Notes under the pieces: generated by a model
What the model saw: only the letters and a program-made list of their open reading frames with translations
Database searches by the model: none
Told to the model about the DNA's origin: nothing
Assembly: GCA_000934665.2 (NCBI GenBank)
Contig: KZ538956.1
Coordinates: forward strand, 1 to 38,628
Length of the DNA: 38,628 nt
Source: Catajapyx aquilonaris
Taxonomy: Eukaryota
Reading direction: 5' to 3'
Position numbers and translations under genes: made by a program
Part shown: positions 11,100 through 23,222 of the stretch, piece after piece
How positions within the stretch are numbered: the first letter of the stretch is position 1
Layout: the number at the start of each line of letters is the position of its first letter

Positions 11100-11507
11100 G
11101 CAATGATGCAATCTGATGGTGTCTGGGATTTGATCTCTCAGGCAATTTGCTCCTGGTTCGATAATTGCCCTGATTTTTTTTCCACAACATCGTTTACCTT
11201 TATCTTGTGTCTGCAAGGCTTACACCCACATAGCCTGAGCAATTACATCGGAACTCTTATTATACAAGAAGTCTAATCTCCAAGAGTCAGACAAAACACT
11301 GTAAAAGACTGTTAAAGGTTCAAATTATCCGGTGATGAGTAGTGTCCTCACAATGAGCATGGAGGTAGGCTATTTCTCATGCCCCATTCCAATACCAAAA
11401 TGCTCCGAATAATTATTATTTGACGGGGATGCATCATTACCATGTGCAGTTGCAATTAAAGTTTGGTGACATCCCCACTTGAACAATAGGAAAGATCCCC
11501 TTATCAG

Positions 11508-11538
<31 letters not shown>

Positions 11539-11539
11539 C
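11508..11539. repeat. (CAA)n microsatellite
   Basis: About 10 CAA units. Confidence 0.9.
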
Positions 11540-11761
11540 GAAAAAAAACAAAGCGGTTTGGAGGTGGCACAACCTGCTGGTATTCCATATTATTAACGTG
11601 CAGATGTCACCAAAACTTAATGACCATCTCAAATAATAATGCGCCCCAGGCAAACGTGACACAGTATTCTGGTTTTGCCAAGGAAACACCCTATACTCAG
11701 CACACGTAATGATACATCTTATGCGTGAGTTACAGATTGCCCTGTGTATAGGGTCTACTAT

Positions 11762-11855
11762 GGGCCGGTTTCGATAAAACCCCGATGCTTTCGGAAAATC
11801 CCTGCAAATAGAATAGGGATTTTCCGAAAGAACCGGGGTTTGGTGAAACCGGCCC
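11762..11855. mobile_element. PIF/Harbinger-type MITE, shorter variant
   Basis: GGGCCGGTTTC...GAAACCGGCCC|TAA with the shared core CTTTCGGAAAATCCCT...GGATTTTCCGAAAG. Confidence 0.85.
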
Positions 11856-11873
11856 TAAGACGTGATTATCATA

Positions 11874-12106
11874 CAGGGTGTTCCAAGTTCGTGGGTCACT
11901 TTTCTTATCATTAATGTTACCCGAAGTGGTTATTTTTTTGTTGCTTGTTGTGCACCTAATCAGTTGCCCTGTTCTGTAGCAACTGCTATGTTCGACCACC
12001 TGGGAGTAATGGGGCAATTGATTAGGGGAACAACAAGCTACAAAAAATAACCACTTCGGGCAATATTAGTGATACGAAAAGTGACCCACGAACTTAGAAT
12101 ACTCTG
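11874..12106. mobile_element. Tc1/mariner-type MITE
   Basis: TA|CAGGGTGTTCCAAGTTCGTGGGTCACTTTTC...GAAAAGTGACCCACGAACTTAGAATACTCTG|TA, with imperfect TIRs of ~95 bp. Confidence 0.9.
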
Positions 12107-12158
12107 TATTTCCGGAAGAATAACCAAACTCTCAGAGTTGGACACAATTATTTCTATA

Positions 12159-12283
12159 CAGTGTGTTTCTTGCTCGTCTAAGGTCCCGCCGCGCCGCCAG
12201 CGTCTATATAGTTATTGCAAGTAGGGCCTACAGCATGTCTAAAATGCTGGCGGCAGGATCTTGGTCTAGTAAGACACACCCTG
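12159..12283. mobile_element. Degenerate Tc1/mariner-type MITE
   Basis: TA|CAGTGTGTTTCTTGCT...AGTAAGACACACCCTG|TA, with internal inverted CCGCCAGC/GCTGGCGG. Confidence 0.6.
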
Positions 12284-12659
12284 TATACACGGAAGTGTAT
12301 ACATAGAGAGGAAGTGGAGGATGTGAAGGAAGGGAGATAGATATTTTCGCATTGCAGAGTATGAGTGACTAGTGTGGTACAAGCCAGGGATAGCCTCGGG
12401 CTAACTCGTGTAGGGCAGTATTAGGATAAGGAGGGTTGGGAATGTAAGGTGGGGCTACTAAACATGAGACGCTATCGATGAAGAAATTTTATTTGGATGA
12501 CATTTTGAAGGACCTTGTTTAGATGTGGGCTTGTTTGTTCAAGGAATGGAAGGATAAATGGGAGGAATGTTGATGTGCTAATTCACCAATGCGATGATCT
12601 GGTAGTGTTTCATGTGTCTGTCGTGTTAGAGAGTGTCACTGTCACATCACTTGTCACTT

Positions 12660-12860
12660 ACGAGGAAGCTTTAGCTGCTGCACACTGTAGATAGCAACGG
12701 TCTGGCTGTAGGCGACGAAGCCAGCAGGGTTGTACGTGGTCACGCCAGTGTTGTACTTGTAGGTGGTTATGCCGGAGTTGTAGGTCGTCAAGATGGGGTT
12801 GTACGTGGCCATGCCCGGGTCGTAGATGACCGCATTCTGACTGTAGTGAACTACCTCCAT
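12660..12860 (-). pseudogene. Fragment with degenerate 21-bp repeats encoding TTYNPG-like units (cuticle-protein-like low complexity)
   Basis: Frame reads YDPGMATYNPILTTYNSGITTYKYNTGVTTYNPAGFVAY with C-rich third codon positions. A GTAAGT donor lies at ~12661. No signal peptide was seen. Confidence 0.35.
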
Positions 12861-15800
12861 CACACTTGCACACATCTTCGAAGCAACAGTCATTAGGACT
12901 CGCTGTAGATGTACTGATACCTCTAGGCATTGTGTCACAGGCTTCCTATTTTGTTTATCGAATTATAATAAAACAATAATATATGTCCGAAAGAATGGAG
13001 AACGGTGTTTTTGCGATAAAAAAACAACACATCGTGACACTATTCTAAGAATCGTGTCCCACTTTGTGCCAACCATTATTTACTGATGCTTGCTCGAACC
13101 TAGCACCACGTTTGTCCTCCGTGCTAAATTCTTCGAAGCCGCATATTCCACATTCTTCTGAACAGTATTGTTCCCTCCGATCAGGGGCAATCTAGTTTCT
13201 TCTGGAATGCATAGCACTTTCGTCACCATTCCTGGCATCGTGAGTCTGTGACCTTCTAAAAATTCGGGCCTCCGCACCCCTTTGAAGACAGTTGGTCCTT
13301 GTTGCACCCCCTATACCATGGGTGATAGATTAAGATCATAGTTAGAAATGCACCTAGCTTGCCAGATCGCGGTACCAACCCACGGAAACTTTGGCACTTC
13401 TCCGAAAAATTTGGTGCTTTTTGAAAAAGGCGTATTTAATGACAGGTCAATTAAATGAAATAAAAACCCTTCAATGAAAGAGTCTAACATATCGTAAAGG
13501 GCGGGGAGCAAGCCTGCCGCAGCCGAATTTTTTGGGGGGTTCAAGGTCACACATTTGTGGTGAATGTAACTGACTGGGAGATGAAATTGGTAGCACTTTT
13601 TTCATGTGAGTGGAATTACAGAGTAATATTGGACTTGACGAAATTATGGTATTGTGTACCATTATGGTAATGGTACGGACCCTAAAATTATGGCATGAAT
13701 ATCATAATAATTTTGGTACATCTAGCACCTCTTCTCGCACCCCCAGGGGAGCCACCTCGCATCCCAGGTTAAGAAATTTTGGGCACACCAAAAATTGTGT
13801 CCTGCTGGGTTGCATACCCAGTGTGTTATTCTATGCTTTGGTCATAGTCTACCCTCAACTGTACTTCCATACAGCTATATATCGAATATGAAATTATTCA
13901 ATTTTGTCATGTGACCTAAATGTAGATGCATATTAATCAGTCTCTCCAAGCATTGTTTTTAAGAGCTACAAATTGCCTGGACAATTCCTGTTTCAAAAGA
14001 TGAAAACAGTTGTCAAGGCCTGATATGTTTCATCTACAGAGTTTGTCAAAAAAAAAGGGTCTGCCTTGATTGTATTGGTGCAACAAGGTCAGTAAGTTCT
14101 TGTTCTGTTTTGTCGAAGAGCCGATTGAGGGTTTCAGTAGCCGTTTGATGCGAACTTTGGGAGAGAAAGCACCGGAAAAGGCACCAGAGAAGAAGAAAGA
14201 ACGGAAAAGGAAGTAGCGGCTGCAAAAGTGGAACAGTACTACTAATACAAGAAGGAAAACTCGGACTATTCACTGCGACTATTGGGAAGCAGAATGCATC
14301 CGCCCTTTCACCATTTCGGTCACAATCAGACTCCAATTGTTTCTTGGATGATGTTTCAGCATTGGTCATCCTGAGGCGGGTTGAAAAAAAAATTAATGTC
14401 GCGCAACTGTTTTTGTCCACTGTTGTATGAGACCATTTCACAATTTATTGAGACTTTCTTGGCCTTGCCAACCAGGACCTAAAACACGTCTGACGTGTCC
14501 AATTGGCGTGATTTGTTGAGCAATTTTCTTAGCCACAGCATTATTTTGTGGCCAATATTGTTGACTACACTGTGAGGGAAAAACTTGCTCCGTGGTCTCT
14601 ATATGTATACAATATATCTATTAAACTATGGGCATGACGCATGTTTCTCGGCACGTTTGGGGGAGTGCTGTGGGAGGAGTAATGATTATTTTCTAATATT
14701 ACGCTACACACTTTTTTGTTGCAAAATATCAATGGGAAATAAAAATATTTACTCTAGAAATAGATTTAGAAAGAAATAACCCGTTTGAAGAACAATCTAT
14801 TGCTTCAGCTATCCCCTCTTGAACTTTGGACTTGGGCAGTGTGTCATCCTGTTAGTCAGGAGTAAGCTGACCGTTTTCATATACAAATGAAGGAGGAACG
14901 GGACTATATACTGTATTTTCTGTATTTTCATTGAACGTTCCCATCTTTGACTATGCACTATAGGTGGCCTTCTTGGTATCGGCCAATCTCCCTGTCCCTT
15001 TCCACAAACTGGACAAACGCGCTCCTTCTGGGAAACCTACAGAAGCCATGTCTTTGTTTTTCCTATCGCCTCGTTATCAGTACCACTTCGACCAAAGAGC
15101 TAGACCGAAATAACGCCGCGTTTTTCTTCAGCTGTCACCTGTTATCATCACTTATTTAGGGCTGTTCACACGTGAAAACGTGTTGTCACAACTCTTTGTA
15201 ACCAGCAGTTTGTCATTGAGGGAGAATGGGGCGGTTGCACTCTAATCTCTCTCTGATATTGCAACAATTTATTTATTTAAAGAAATCTGCGAGTATTAAG
15301 GAATAAAAATGAAGTCATTAACGAAAAGCAACATTTCAGTTTCTCCACCATTAATACGAAGCAACACGTGGAAAAATGAATTCAGCCACGTGACAATTAC
15401 TTTCAACGCTCGTGCCTGTTCCCTTAAGACATTGTTGACATTGACCATTTTATAACGATTTAAAAAAAAGCATCGGGCATTATTTTTAATTTCACATCTT
15501 TTCTCTGCATGAAACGCATCAAAAATGCTTCACACGAAGCTGCACTTGACGAACAACAGTGGCTTCGCTGCGACTTCGAAGATGATAATAAAGCATATCA
15601 TTATCTTTTTTTGTCGCGTGAACATATTGTGTCATTACTGTCTCATCTCACTTGGAACGTGGGCGTGGGGGGCTAGGCTGCAAACAGGGATCCATCCCTC
15701 CGGCACATGCTCCGCACGAGTAGCACAGGGGCACGCTGCCCGCAAAACCAAATCGGACACGTCATCTCTTGACCTTCCAGGTCAGCTGGGGGCACCCCCA

Positions 15801-16003
15801 TCCGTTTCATACACCCTTGGTACTTCCTGGATGCGTGGATGTATCTCACGCCTCTAGCTCCAAGCCATAGTGAAAAAAAAGTGGAGGCAGAGGAGAATAC
15901 CATTCCCGTTCTTCCTAACCTAAATACCTTTCCAAACGTGAAACCGATGTGGAATTCAATCATGTGTTATTTAATAAGATGTAATCGACACTACATTTAT
16001 TGC

Positions 16004-16084
<81 letters not shown>

Positions 16085-16085
16085 T
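16004..16085. repeat. (AAT)n microsatellite
   Basis: Perfect AAT run of about 27 units. Confidence 0.95.
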
Positions 16086-16132
16086 GCATATAAAGATGAC
16101 GCCAGACTGGCATGAACGATTTTACGTCAATA

Positions 16133-16435
16133 TCTATATAAATAAAGCCGTTTGTGAGTCTGTCTGTCTGTCTGTCTGTCCGTCTTGCCAACCGTCATTT
16201 GCCTGCCATCTGTGCTCCACCCCCAGGCCGGGAGAGGATGGAGGTGTTGGAGGTTGACTGCAGATGGCAGACGGTTGCCGTTATACAGACGGGAGAGGTT
16301 GAAGGTGTTGGAGTAGCAGGACCACAGATGGCATTGGTGGCCGGACACACAGAAAGACAGACAATTGACGGGGGTACTGGCAGGTGTTTTCCCTTCATTC
16401 ATTTCTTCCCGGGCAACGCCGGGTGCCGCAGCTAG
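16133..16435 (+). mobile_element. Non-autonomous Helitron (complete, ~300 bp)
   Basis: Inserted between A and T. 5' TCTATATAAAT, a (CTGT)n tract near the 5' end, subterminal hairpin CCCGGGCAACGCCGGG (16408-16423), 3' CTAG, and no TSD. Confidence 0.9.
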
Positions 16436-18249
16436 TATAATACACTATAAGCATCAATATTATTTATTAAAAGTCAAGGCGAAAGTGCGATGAAATGGAT
16501 ACAGCATGATGAGATAAGTGCTTCCTCACTTGAATGTGAGATTAGAAATGGTTCCGAGTTATTCTTCCGTGACATTTACTGGTTGGGTGTCATAATAATG
16601 ACAATCTTCCATGCAACATTTTTAGACAAAGGCAGCATGTGAGCGCCTGCTGGTATGCAACCACTTGCTTGTCAGCTGTGAGAACTAGAGCGGAAGAGGG
16701 GGTGGGGGAGATGCTTCCTATCCTGCGACTTATGCAGTCCTATGCGCGTGAAGTTGCGTAACTTGTGAGCCTTTGACCTCCAAGGTTGTCGCTGTTGCTC
16801 ATATCTTACCTAACCAAAATTGCTGTTCTTGGGCCCCCTCCCACCATACGAAGGTCGTTGGGTCCACCCTGTATAATTTTTCACGTGTGTACTTCCTAGA
16901 CATTAAATGAGCACTAGATATTTAAATCGTAGTCCACAGAGTGCATGCCAATCAAGGCTGTTTCCTAAAATTGCTTTCAAAGGTGAGATTAATTCCAAGA
17001 TATGCTTACCACATAACCGGTACAAATCACCGTAAAACCTGTTTGTTTTCTTTTGGGCACCATGTAACGGTTTAGGCTGTGGTATACTGTAGATTGGCAG
17101 AGTGATACCTTCTCCGTGCTGAGAAATATATAATATAGTATTTTGTACAACGCGAAGTTTCTCTACTGTAAGATAGACATCTGGCGAATAGTTAATGTGG
17201 TTCATTGCCTGTGTCAATGATGCCAAGTTGTGTAATAGCTCTCTAAAGGTGCAGAGGCATTTCTCTTGGACCGAATAAAGGCAATATTCCATCTGATAAT
17301 AATGGCTCATGTTTTCCAAATGAAGTTTCTCTTTTGAGTCATAATGTCATTTAGAGGCAAGTGGAACAAAAAAAAGTGGGAATTTCGGTCCGATATTGAG
17401 TGAGATTTTCCAATAAATGCCTCTGGTCAACTCACGACTTCTGACTACTGGACTCTCAACAAGAGCGTGGTCATTGGGATTTCGCAGTTATTAAGGTTTA
17501 TGGTGTTCCGCTCCTGGCAAAAAAAATTGCACGTTATGAGACAAGTCATGAAGCCCGAAGCATTTTTTTTTTTTTTTTTACCTCCCATCCAGTCCACCTA
17601 CTTCACTTTCACTTCTTGCGTTGGGTTTCCACTTTCGGGTAAAATTTTGATCAAAGGCTACTCTTGGCCCTCGAGGCTAGCTTTACCCCCATACTTTCAC
17701 CTCCCATGTTGTTTGGTTTGAGCCAATCAGGAAGCATTTCTTGTGCATATTTGTTTTTCTTCGCGGGACTACACTTAGTGCCTTACACTAGAATTAACCC
17801 ATTTCCGGATTTAGATTTTTGGAGCTATTGAAGGACTGCTGTTGGGTACAATCACTTTTAAATATAGTCAAGGAAGGAGTAAGACTGGTCAGGGACATGT
17901 GTCTTATTTCTGCTCACCTTGAGAGCTATATGTTTCACTTTTTGGAATGTCCAGTTTTAAGTGCTTTGTTGGTTATTCAGCAAAAATGTCACCTATTTAT
18001 GTAGAAACCATTTGCTTGGTATAAGTTATGAATAGCTATATTAATGTGTACCTAGTACATATTTAACCATTCATAATCGTACGGCTTGCTGAAGAATGAA
18101 ACTTCTTCAAGAAGTGTAAAGTTCACTCATACATACTGATGGCTTTAATCACTTCGAGGACGCATACCTTACTTGCTCGAGGAGGCGTCTATAAAACACA
18201 CACATGATGCGGCCTTGTCTTTAGTGTGGGTCATTGAATGACAAAGGTA

Positions 18250-20060
18250 GTTAGCATTGGGCGCTCCTAACACTTATGGTAAAAATACTGTAGGTCTGGG
18301 TTGGATGGAGAGTTGCACTGAACTCAAGGCGAGCCAGTTGCAAGATTATACATTATTGTTGCGCAGTGTTGAATGGTGGGTAATTACGTATATTTTTGAA
18401 CCTATGACTATACACCCCCCCCCCTCCATTCTTCCAACCGATTTTTAAATGTCATAACATGATGCCAAGTATGAACAGCGTCGCATTCTGAGATTGATGT
18501 GTAAGGTAGTTGCCATCTGATGAACTAGCAATTTTTGCTGGGAAGCCCTCAATTTGACCACAGCTGATCACGCACCTCCTCAGGACAAGGTAGTTCCATT
18601 GTAGCAGTGCAAGTATGAAGTAGAGGAAGTGAGTGGCATCTTTTCTATGGTGTCGTCACTTCCTCCTGCGCCACTTCGGGCCACTGGGCTTCGACAGGTT
18701 GCCGGTGACTGGTGTGGTAGGCCAGCTAGCTGCTTACTATGGCTACAAACGCCCTCCTTCCTTCCACTTTCCCAGATGCTCCGAGCCACCTGTTCCGCCA
18801 ACATACTGTTCCTTGACCATTTTGCTTCCTGTTTGGAAGATGGGTTCCTGTGGCCACTACGTCCGACAAGCGAGCATGGCATTAGCAGCGGTTGTGGGAC
18901 TGTTCAGGCGGCATTTCTCGCGGAAAAAGAAATTACATTTGTTTCATTCAGCCTTGTAGAGCTTTCACCATTTGGCGCTGAAGACAGTCAGTCGTTAGAT
19001 AGGGAATGTAATTCAGAAGTGGGGCCATTGGTGAAAGCCAACCGCGTTAAATACAACAAAGTGGGTGAGCAGTTTGGCGGATAGAAAGGACCACTAACGT
19101 CACTTCACAGCACCTATCCAACTTTCATGGCCCGCGAGGCAATAATTCCAGTAGCCCTGTTTAAAAAAACAGCGCCTCTGATTACTACAAAGACAAAACA
19201 ACTGATTCTGCACAAATTGATCATGCAAGGGGGAAAACGTGCTGTAATAAGTATTGACATATGCCGTTGACTCCCTGTAGGAACCCAGCCCAATTTTGCA
19301 TATAATAGCCGAATGTGCCAAATATGTTGGGATTCTGGGAGATCCAAGGTCTATGCGCCCAATAACGCTAGTAGGTAGAGTCCCTGAGGCTGTGATAGGG
19401 TGTGAGCCACCAGGTCATTCGGCCAGTTTTGGCAGTGCCATCATCTGAATTGCTAAGTTCGGCCAGGAACAACCGCAGGGCGGGAGCAGAAGTGGTCAAA
19501 AATACTCCTCCACTCAATTCTTGCTTCATGCCAGTCCATAATTAGCCAAGGTCCTTTCCAATCACAAGATGGATGAAAAAGTGAAATCCTTGACTCATCA
19601 CCTATACCCGCAACATTATTATATCCACTTTGATAGGAGGTGTTGACCATCTTCGAGATAAAGATTGAAATTTCAGGCACATCCTGCCGCCTTGGACTTT
19701 GCACGTAGCTTTTGTTTCCTCTGCCTTCACCAAATTGCGGTTTATTGATGAGTAACTTGCTATCTGTATGTCATCCCTACTACAGGTATCTATACGATAC
19801 CCATCTATCTCACTATCTGCACATTGAAAAGGTGACGTAATGATTGAGCATGGGTTCACCTGTCTGTCTTCCTGTATCTGAATTAAGGTAAAAAAAAAGG
19901 TCGGGTCAACTATGCTAATGATTACTGATTGTAAAAGACGTGTAATTTTACTGGCGAAGGAGAATAACACTGTGCTTATCTTGGTTGACTCAGGAAGTGA
20001 GATTTCACCTGCGCCAATTAATTGATGGTGGCGAGATTTTGTGGCTTGTTGCATGATTTC
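18250..20060 (-). mobile_element. Highly decayed non-LTR retrotransposon ORF (R2/NeSL-like RT plus C-terminal region)
   Basis: Frameshifted motif relics in the expected order on minus: HHQLIGA..LPES, RQVNP..SPF (RQGDPLSP-like), RDDIQI (YADD-like), KLDR..PPNCSPTLLY..IPYL, NRWL..GRRAFV, FLP*VLGA. Judged by eye only. Confidence 0.35.
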
Positions 20061-22049
20061 ACTTTTATCGCATTCAAAGTGTCAGTTGTTATCTTTCACT
20101 TGAAGCGAGTTAACAACTTGAGAATGTTTTCTTATCGTTTAAAAGTCATATTCGGTATCGGTAGATCTGCTAACAGTTCAGTTATTGTTACATTGTGCAT
20201 TTGCAATTCACAATATTTTAGCCACGTGTTACCAACATTAATAACTTATGGTCATTGATAGCGATTATGGGCATGAATTATGACTAAACTTCAGGAGATA
20301 TGATAGTAATCTTCATATTCCGCATATTGCAAGTGCATTCTTTCATTTAAATAAAAAACAAACAAGAAATGTGGCTCTGAATATCCAAGAGTGTCCGATT
20401 AAAAAAAAATATTCTGCAGAAATAAAAGGGCGCCTAAAAAACTTGAAACTCGATGACCACCTCCATTTCGTTCAGTTAGCCACAATACAGGTGGAAATTT
20501 CACCGTGGTCATGGTTAAGTAAAGGTGCATTCGTACCTCGTTATGAAAGACGGTAACGAATTGAAAGACGTGCTGCATTGTCATAATCTCCTTTCTTCAA
20601 ATAATATGACAGGCGGGCAATTTAGATATAATGCAGGTTTTAGAGTGGTCTCTCTCTGATATCCATTGCGCTTACGGTTACATAATTTAAAACCAGTTTT
20701 TCAGTAAATATACTTTTGTTACCAAAACGTCCAGCGTTCCTAATATTATACCCACTGAGAAGCGACAAAAGCGGGCAAAAGTGCTGTAGATTAGATACTA
20801 AATCGTGTGTTCCTGACTTTGAGATTAATAGATGATGTGCAATCATGTGGGAATTGATTCCCTCTTGGTATAGGCCTAATGAATATTATGGACATTTTTA
20901 TTTTTTATTAAATTACGTGAAATCCACATTCCATTGCTTCAAGTTGGAACTATGAGATGATTGATGTAACGTGAACAGGAACAACTTTTGTACTCTGCAG
21001 CTTGTGTTGTATAAGTATTTTGAGAGGGTGTCAGCTCACACACACACAATATTGGAGTGATTTTTCACTCAAACTAATGAAAACATACCGAGGCCAACAT
21101 TTTCCAAAATGGAGATATTGGCTGGTAATTGTCCTGCTAGTTAATGGTCAATAATAGGATTATGTCCTAATTCCCATTGGATCCCATAAAACACTTCGAG
21201 GAAGGGACCCAATTCAGGAAAGAGCTTGAGCTTGGGTTGCTTTCATTCTCAATGACACAATATTGAACTGTGCCTTTTTGAAAGTTTCCTGTCTATATTT
21301 GAGTCTAATTTAGAGAAGTGATTTCAACTAGTCATTTTATCATGAGAACCGCTAAATAACCGCTAAGATAAGTATTTAAAAAAAATTCACACTTGCCTAA
21401 TTGAAAAAATAATTATTGTCACTCAGAGTTTTTTCAGTGTTCTTGGAACCATGTGTATGAATTTATTGCATCACTAATGATCTACAGTTGACAAATGTGG
21501 TGACTTGACACCACCAGCGTTTGTATCGGATCTGCAAAAAAGCGACGATTGGCTCATGAAGAATATAGGATCACTGGCAATAATATATATTATCTAACAT
21601 TCCTTCATCATTGTCACTCTCACTACTCAATTTCATAAGGAATTTTAGATAAAAAACTGGCCTTTCGTGTTGAGCGCATCGTGTGTGGAAACGTCCGGAA
21701 AAATCTGGCACAATTTAAATTCCAAAAGCCCATCAGTACATTGTACGCAACATCGATTAATAAGTAAGTTAGTGATTTCACGGAAGACCATGCAGGCGGA
21801 AACATTGCGAAAGCCAATGCCAAACGGCTGTTCCTACTGCCTGTATAAGCAACAACACCAGCTGAGGCCTGACTTGACCCAGTGCTGGTACACCTCCCGT
21901 TTTAGCAACGGTTTCTACATTGGACAGCATCCCTATGATGCAAATGCGCGTCACCCTTTATTCTGGCCTGAGCACCCAGTGAACCTTCTGTCATTTTCTG
22001 CCGGCCTTGTGGGCTCCTTTTGGCCCAACTGTACGATACATTGTACGTG

Positions 22050-22290
22050 ATGCTGCCGGGACTTCCTCATTCTTCGGCATCTCGAGTCAGTCCGCCCAAG
22101 TAATGTCCACGTGTCTTCCGTTTTCCGTGCAGGAGGCGGTATCCTGACCCATATCGAAGCAGTAGGCTTGGAGGGCCACATAACCCCGTTTCCCGTGAAA
22201 TAATGGAGCCTTTTATCAGGTTTCCCAAAACACGGGGGATGTGGGTCAGTCGGAGGGATTATGCGATGAGCCATTGTTTCCACGTAACAG
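22050..22290 (-). mobile_element. Possible 3' fragment of an R1/I-type non-LTR element
   Basis: HYFTGNG...EDTW resembles the QFLTGHG...C.CG..DT..H region; heavily decayed. Confidence 0.25.
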
Positions 22291-22968
22291 TCTCAGCCAC
22301 GGTTGACCCTAAACAGTTAGGTGGTTAGTTGGTATTCAGGATTGCTCACCTGGTTATAGGTGGGCAGATTGCACGCCGGTATATAGACTGTGGTAGTGTA
22401 GTAGAACGTCACCAGGAATGCAGTCCTGTGTGTTCTGCATTTAAAATACTGTTATAGTATATGTAGTCACCCTATGGTATCAATCAATTTAAAGTGAATA
22501 AACCCTTGATTCTAGATTTTAAAATTGGTTGCTGCGGGATAACAAACCATAACGTCTGCCCTGGAATTGAGGGTTTAGGTAGCCACCAACCTGTATAATT
22601 TTTCAAGCTAAAAAAACGAAGTTCGTTCATGTAATTGAGTGGTTGGTGGGAGAAGGGCGTATCCCAACTGGACCCAACATTTCAGGAGAACCACGAGTTG
22701 TACGGCTCCAGCAATCTTTCCGGATTATTTCCCGGCTCCAATTTTCCGAGTTTCTCTCTCAATTATTTCCCATAGTTGTGTCAAATGGTCACTTCAGATG
22801 CAATATCCCGACTCATTTAAATACGAATATCTTGCACCACAGATACAAACTTTCGCAAAATAATGACAGGTGGTATATCATGTGATTTTAATGGAAAATC
22901 TCATTTCGAAGGGCAGTTGGACTACGCCCCTCTTCCGCCGACCCACTCAATTCGATAACACTTCCTAA

Positions 22969-23094
22969 GGGCCGGTTTCACCGAGCTCGGTATATGATAA
23001 AACCAGGGTTCTTTCAGACAATCCCTACATTTTTGTATGGATTTTCCTGAAAAAACCTGGTTTTATCATATACCGAGCTCGGTGAAACCGGCCC
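22969..23094. mobile_element. PIF/Harbinger-type MITE, copy A
   Basis: TAA|GGGCCGGTTTCACCGAGCTCGGTATATGATAAAACCAGG...CCTGGTTTTATCATATACCGAGCTCGGTGAAACCGGCCC|TAA. Confidence 0.92.
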
Positions 23095-23097
23095 TAA

Positions 23098-23222
23098 GGA
23101 CCAGTTTCACCGAGCTCGGTATATGATAAAACCAGGTTTCTTTAGGAAAATCCATACAAATATGTAGGGATTTTGAGAAATACCCTGGTTTTATCATATA
23201 CCGAGCTCGGTGAAACCGGCCC
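23098..23222. mobile_element. PIF/Harbinger-type MITE, copy B (inverted relative to A, shares the TAA)
   Basis: Same TIRs as copy A. The core GGAAAATCCATACAAATATGTAGGGATT is the near reverse complement of the copy A core. TAA at 23095-23097 and 23223-23225. Confidence 0.92.

Noticed and set aside
16903..17319. 138-aa ORF with faint RT-like IP.PK...LYRL..K.IL similarity
   Set aside because: Too weak to call without an alignment.
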